A DNA stretch of 64,000 bases, taken from assembly GCA_946965045.2 (NCBI GenBank), contig OX337239.1, forward strand, positions 2,542,001 to 2,606,000, read 5' to 3'. Positions 58,366 through 64,000 of this stretch are shown here, piece after piece; position 1 is the stretch's first letter; the number at the start of each line of letters is the position of its first letter. Source of the stretch: Epithemia pelagica. Its lineage: Eukaryota; Protista; Bacillariophyta. The notes beneath the pieces are model-generated. The model was not told where the DNA came from. It ran no database searches and saw nothing but the letters and a program-made list of their open reading frames with translations. A program made the translations under genes and the position numbers.

Positions 58366-60326
58366 ATCCCCGTCTCGCTCGCGGCATATCCTTCGTCATA
58401 AGGACTCGCTCCAGGTTGCGACAAGTCGACCGTCCTTGGATTCCATGATTCCTGTCGAGTTATAACAACATGTGGCAGCTGTTCAATCTCTTGGTAGCTA
58501 GGCGCTCGGGACTCAAAATAGACCGTGGTGCCTTCGATCGTGAATGGGATATAAAAATCATCCACCCATATTCCGAATCCGTCATCCTGCCGTGTCGGGT
58601 CATCCTTCACCGTGTGACCGGCGTGTCGCACTTGGTTTTGGTTTAACAACGTCTTATTTAATTTCTGTCCGAACCATAGCATCTGATGACCAATTAGAAT
58701 CGTTTCTGCCCCAGTCTTGACGTCACGCACTACCGTGGCACATGTCGCGATCGGAACATGCGTCTCCCCCACTTGATTTCCAGCAAAATCATTTACAGCA
58801 CATTCGGTGCCAGTTGTTTCTACCAACGACCAATTGGCCCCTGCACAACAGGTATCAGCCATGGTGTCCATCTAGTTGCGGCCTGTCACCATGCTTTGAG
58901 TCTTGTCAGTCTCTACCTGCCATCCTTTCTCCACTTTGCCCACATGTCGTCTCGGGCCACAAGTGATCATGCTCACTCCCCTTCCCTCTGTCTCTGTCGA
59001 GCCTCCACCGTATGCGCCTGCCCCAAATCGGCGTCCGTTGGTACTACCCCTGTCGCCACTCGTCCCCGTGGCTGTACCAGTTGTTGGTTCCCCTGTCTCG
59101 CTGCCCCCATTGGCGCGATTCTCATCAGTCTGGACCTGGCCAATCCCACGGCCGCCTCCTCGGCCTCGTCCCCCGTTGCCGTCTCGGCCACGACCGCCCC
59201 CTCGGCCGCCACCGCCGTGCCTTTCTCGGTTCAATCGGCGTCGTTCTTGGAAGATATACCTTTGTCCATTTGCGCCGAGAGTGGTCATTTCTTCGTCGCT
59301 AAAGCGTCTTTGCACATCGGTTACGTCGACGCCGTACATCGTGTACACCCCATTGGAGTGACTGAGGCCTTGGATGTTTCGAGATTGATTGTTGGCTGTG
59401 GCCGTTGTTGAGGTGTTTGTCTCGGAATTGAACCGGTGCGGCCACCACGTGTCCACCCAACCATCGCTTGAGGAAACAATTCGGACACTTCTGTCGAGAT
59501 GTGCGATATAGCACCTTGGATGTCGGAACGGAAGTTGCTTCTCACGTGTCCCTTTATAACAGCAAATTCGGCGGTTGAGATCTTGATATTATCAAGCAGA
59601 ATCTTGACCTGGTTTGAGGGTGTGCGTCGATTTGGAGTGGGCTCCAAAGTCCGGAATGCACGCAATAACTTGGCCGAATAAGCGTCGAAACTATAGACTC
59701 GCTCATTGTTGTAGAATAAGTTTTCTAGGACTGCCTCTGCCTTGATGATCCGTTTTTCCTTCTGACCGCCGCCATCATAATGCCCAACGAGGGCAAGCCA
59801 AGCCCCACGGCCGTCTTGTTGGGCCTGGAACGGTTGAATCCAGGTTGCCGGTTGATCTTTCACTCGATCACTAAGGAGACAAAAGACTTGTCGATTGTCT
59901 TGTTGGTAGTATGCACCACGCAACGGGTAGCTATACATTTCGCGCTCTCGATCGGATGTAAATACATGGCCGGGCTCTAGGTCAGGTCAAATCACATAGT
60001 CTAGGGCAATCCTCTGCTTGCCCATGATGTTAGACAGGTAGGTCGGGAACTCTTGGCTCCAATCTTCCCATGCGTCTTCTTTAAGGATGTCAGGCTTGAT
60101 ATCCGGGGAATTGTCTTGGGCGTCTTCGATTTCCATGTCGTCTAGTACAGAAGCCAGTGTCGCAGCGTTGAATTCTCCGGCATATAAGATGCGTCCTTGT
60201 CGTCGGGCCTTTCCTGCCCAAAAACAGAGTCCTTGAATGTTTAAGACTACTCCCGTAGGGATGCTAATAGGTACCGTACGTTTTTCCAACCGTGATGCCA
60301 GTTGGGAGACGTCGTCTGCGGACATA
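58366..60326 (-). mobile_element. CoDi-type copia element B, gag (5'-truncated) and protease part (5' piece)
   Basis: Paralogous to element A gag/PR (QGLCFWAGK, DGRGAWLALVGHYDG, MDTMADTCCAG). It has frameshifts and a TAG at 58872, and joins 45790 in frame. Confidence 0.9.
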
Positions 60327-61070
60327 AGTGTTGCTTGCACAAAAGCATTAGAGAAATCGATGCAAATGATGATCCAATCTTGGATCATAGTAGAGATAAG
60401 GACAAGGCGAATAGTGCTCCAAGAAACCACAGGTGCAAAGGTCTCGAACTCCCCTTCTTGATGATCTTCACACACATAATGCCTTCGCTTATTCTTTTTG
60501 ATATCTCCTGTTGGGGATCGCTTGTGCTTGAAGACTCATGTTCCTGGAAGGATCCTTGTGGGGGCGTCATCGATGGAAACCTCATCCCAACTACCTTTGG
60601 CTTCGAGGGCTTCAATTTCTCATTGAGTAGCAACTTTCCATTCATCTAGGCTAGGCTCTAGGAGAAGTTGGTTGAAGCTCAGTGTGTCGGGATCAGACAC
60701 AGCAGTTTCTTTCCAGTGTCACAGAGATTGGACTGTTGCAGCATGGTATGGTACAGATGGTATGCCAGGTGATGAGAGTCCTAGGTGGTATCGGTGGCAT
60801 CCATGTCAGAGATGAGACAACGTGGGGGACGACGGGTTCGGTTGGAGTGATAAAGTGTGGACAAAGAGGAAGAATTTGATTGTTGGGGTGGATCCGATGG
60901 AGGAGGTTGTTTGGGTGGAACGGTCTAAGGGACAGATTTGTTAGTTTCTCCCGCAGAGGAAGGGAACACGGGAGGTGGAACTCGCAAAAACACGCTGTTT
61001 GGAATGGAGGGTGCCAAGAGCAGCTATGGGTCCCAATGCAGTAGAGCCTTCGTAATTTTTTATAGTTCAT
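60327..61070 (-). pseudogene. Canonical Ty1/copia RT (RVT_2) fragment abutting element B gag
   Basis: EIEALEAKGSWDEV, ILPGT*VFKHKRSPTGDIK, FETFAPVVSWSTIRL, IDFSNAFVQAT, with several stops. Confidence 0.8.
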
Positions 61071-62530
61071 GACGTCACGTTCGGCATCAAGTTTGTCGCG
61101 ATGTATCGTGGCTTCACCATGGCCTACCTTCCGTCGATCTGTTTTGGGTCGTAACTATCTTCGTTTTGTGGGCCCTCGCAGATATCCATTCTATTTGTTT
61201 CATTTGGTTGATTACTACGAGTTTCCATAAAAACTCCTTATCCTTCTGGCACAAAGCCTGATCGTAAAAGGTCCCTCGTCATTGCTCTTACCGTGAGAAG
61301 AGGTCCACCATGCCCGTGTCCTACCAAGCCTGGATTTTCGTCGCCCGCTTCATTAAAGTCAGCGGTAAATCGACTAAATTCAATCAACTCAAAATGGTGG
61401 TGGCATGAAATTGGCTTGGAAGACCACGACAATTGGACAGGACGAGATCAGCTGGCAGCAGTACTACGTCATGCATCCACAAGATATCCATCCTTCTGTT
61501 ATCAAGAGCAAGCCTATGGAGCTCATGCAACATTCCAATTGAACAGAAGTGAAACTAAAACCCGCCAGCCACGCTACTTTCTTATTGGGGACAAGTCAAC
61601 TACAGATGGAAGGAAGATGACAATGGCATCTCAAAACAAACTCTTGTGTGCCATTCAAGGTGGAAAAGGTGCTCGCCTAAAGGACGCTTCAACAATACAG
61701 CGACGTCAAGAAGGTTGGAAAGACTCGGTAGAAAAAAAAATCAACTTCAGCCTCCCTTGCTTTCCAAGAACACGAGTTTCCTGCCATTCAATTGGCATTC
61801 GAACAGTGGTTTGATGATCCACTGGATTCTTATTCCGTGGCTGATGAAATTTGTGGTTTACTGTATCAATCCAACCTGATACCACGTGCAGTGAATGAAA
61901 AGCATTCACAATTGAATGACAATAGCAAGAGCCACGACCAAGAAAGTGAACAAGAGCATGAGCGATCAGAAAAGAGAAAGCGTCAACGGCTTGGACGACC
62001 ACCAAAATCACTATCAGCAATGGCAAATGACTGTTTTGACCCTTGGCGACTGCAACTATTGAAGCATTTGATTCAATCTGATTTGCAATCCATGAACTTG
62101 TCATTTCTGGGATTTTAGAGTGTGGTGGAGATGATGACAACGACATAGAAAGACACTTTCAGGATGTCTTCGCATTCTGTTGCTTGGAGGTACCAGCATT
62201 GTTGATTGTTTCAGTTCTTGATTTTCCAACAAAGAGGGTACTGACCGCTCAAAAAAATGTAATCCTCTCAACTCTTCCGTCCCAAAGAAGATGAATATTT
62301 GGTAGACTATCTTAGTCAAATGAACCGATTCAACTCTGGGGAGTGGCTTGCTACAACCTGCAACTACAAGCAGTTGGATAACAATCAAGTTATGTTGACA
62401 GATGAAGGAGCCCACGTTCTTTGTCATGTGAACTTTCGGCAATCTCTCCATTCTTCATTGGACGATCACTACAACTAGATGAATTTTCGTCCGAATCCGT
62501 TTCAGAAGGCTTCATCTGATCGACAAATTT

Positions 62531-63578
62531 TTGTTCCAACAAGAATTCAAGAAAACCACCACTGTCACTGATCATTTCGGAAACCCAAAGCTTTCATTTG
62601 GGTGTCATGATGATTCACTACAACAAGACAAGAAAAAGAGACATGGTTTCACTTTTTCTGCACTCAAGGACAATGGCATGCCACGATTTCAGTTTAGCAC
62701 AAGCTCAGACTCGACTAGTAACGGAAGCTCTGATTTGGATGTCGCAACACTGGTGGACTCACTATGTAGTGATCCGGACAACGTCCAAGCATTGGCTCAT
62801 CATGCAGGGGGCACTTTTGACAACGAACCTGAAGCTCTTGTCACTACCAAGAAATCTTTTGAAAAAATAATGATTAAGATACCTGAGCCACTCCGATACC
62901 TGAATGGTGTCCTTTGACAGCCAATGGTCTGGGGTGACCCATTCCATGTTGCCAATCTTGTTGCCATGTGGGGCTTGAATGCTGCTTTTGGTGAAATGAG
63001 ACGCGGAGAACACGAACAACGTCACCACCGGCAAGTAATTCAATCTATGTATGGCGTTGTGCACCACAATCGGTCAATTGCAAGTCTTGTCGAAAAAGAG
63101 ATCGCAAATGAGTTTTTGTGGTCCACCATTCCTCACGTGTCTGTTGTTCGGGAGCGCCAACAACGATGGATGGTCAATCAAAGACATTGTTGCAAGATAC
63201 TTGGATGGTTTGCTGTGGATTGTGGTGGCGATAGTTTCTTCTATTATTTCTTGCAAGACTTGGCATCTGGCGTGAGAGCCATGAGCGCTTGGCAGGCCAA
63301 TGCCGCTGAGCATGCTGCCATGCTGGTTGCAATGCCGGCAATTCGTACAGCAATGCAATTCGAAGCCGAGATGGGCATCTATTTCAATGCCGTCATGTCA
63401 TGGCATTCGCGAGCAGGTCTTATGTTGGATCAGCCTGGCTCTCGGATGTTGGAGGTACACGCGTTCTTTTTCCGATTTGAGTTGCCCTTCTGGAAAAAAG
63501 CACTTGAGTCTACTGAAACTGTCTTCCCCAAGACAATATCATCGATACAAGACACTGAAGATGACAACATACGCGATT
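62531..63578 (+). pseudogene. Degenerate DDE transposase, hAT-like
   Basis: CHDDS, GTFDNEP, WGDPFHVANL (CxxH-like) and RERQQRW (RW), with a stop at 62915-62917 and a cut by a gag fragment. Broken frames back to about 61300 may belong to it. Confidence 0.45.
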
Positions 63579-64000
63579 ATCTCACGCAAAATCTCGGATA
63601 TCTATCCAGACGTCGCCGTTGGCGGTAATCGCCGTAACCAAGCCCGTCACCGCTTCGTATCAGAAGCCACCTCGAACCCTGCCAACCGTCCACGGAATTT
63701 TACTGGACTCCAGCAAACCAACGGAATCTACACCTTCTATGGTGTTGATGTCACCGACGTTACTCGTCGGTTTTCAAGCAAAGAAATGGCGACCCTTGGC
63801 CCTGCTGGGCAAGCTTATATCCACCAGGAACGTGCACGTGTTCGTGTTCATGGTGGTCGTGGCGGCGGCCGCGGTCTCGGTGGTCGGGGACGTGGGGGTC
63901 GCGGTGCAGGCCGTGCAAATGGTCGTGGCATTTCTGAGATTCAGACTGGTGGGGACCAGTCGATTATCACCGATATCACCAACAACGATCAGGGCACAAG
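63579..64000 (+). mobile_element. CoDi-type gag C-terminal fragment, runs off the window
   Basis: ISRKISDIYP...RHRFVSE...NGIYTFYGVDVTDVTRRFSSKEMATLGPAGQAYIHQER plus an RGG tract, paralogous to element A gag. Confidence 0.88.

Noticed and set aside
14718-58874. RIP-like or purely methylation-driven C>T mutation pattern
   Set aside because: Some stops fit C>T (14718, 28917, 42537) but others, such as GAG>TAG at 58872, do not. It cannot be established without family consensus sequences.
59987-60475. 162-aa ORF as a real gene
   Set aside because: It is an in-frame chimera of a canonical copia RT fragment and truncated CoDi gag.

Overview
Eukaryotic nuclear DNA, most likely a diatom: introns are short GT-AG (about 65-116 nt), one gene has a signal peptide plus 'AFAP' bipartite plastid-targeting presequence, ovoA is present, and the Ty1/copia elements are CoDi-type. 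The left third (1-20.6 kb) is gene-rich. It holds a plastid NOL/NYC1-like SDR (partial), a DNAJC3/P58IPK-like co-chaperone, a SMARCAL1-like SNF2 helicase whose Walker-A motif needs a 5-nt microexon, ovothiol synthase OvoA, an ER-type ankyrin protein and a nucleotide-sugar transporter. A MITE with a nested PHIS-like transposon sits between ovoA and the ankyrin gene. The right 43 kb has no intact host gene and is a nest of mobile elements: an intact PIF/Harbinger, a Gypsy remnant, AcademH-like transposase and RecQ-helicase relics, at least five CoDi-type copia pieces, a canonical copia RT relic, a hAT-like relic and a young Ngaro-like tyrosine-recombinase (YR) retrotransposon. The strongest signals cluster together. 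(i) A young LTR element with identical LTRs is inserted with no target-site duplication, and the host ORF re-joins in frame. (ii) Several LTR junctions and the YR element share an AT|TG core. (iii) The YR element inserted at exactly the codon boundary where a paralogous copia carries a 65-bp tandem duplication. (iv) The CoDi primer-binding site looks like the anticodon arm of a tRNA-Ile(GAU). All family assignments come from motif recognition by eye, not database searches.
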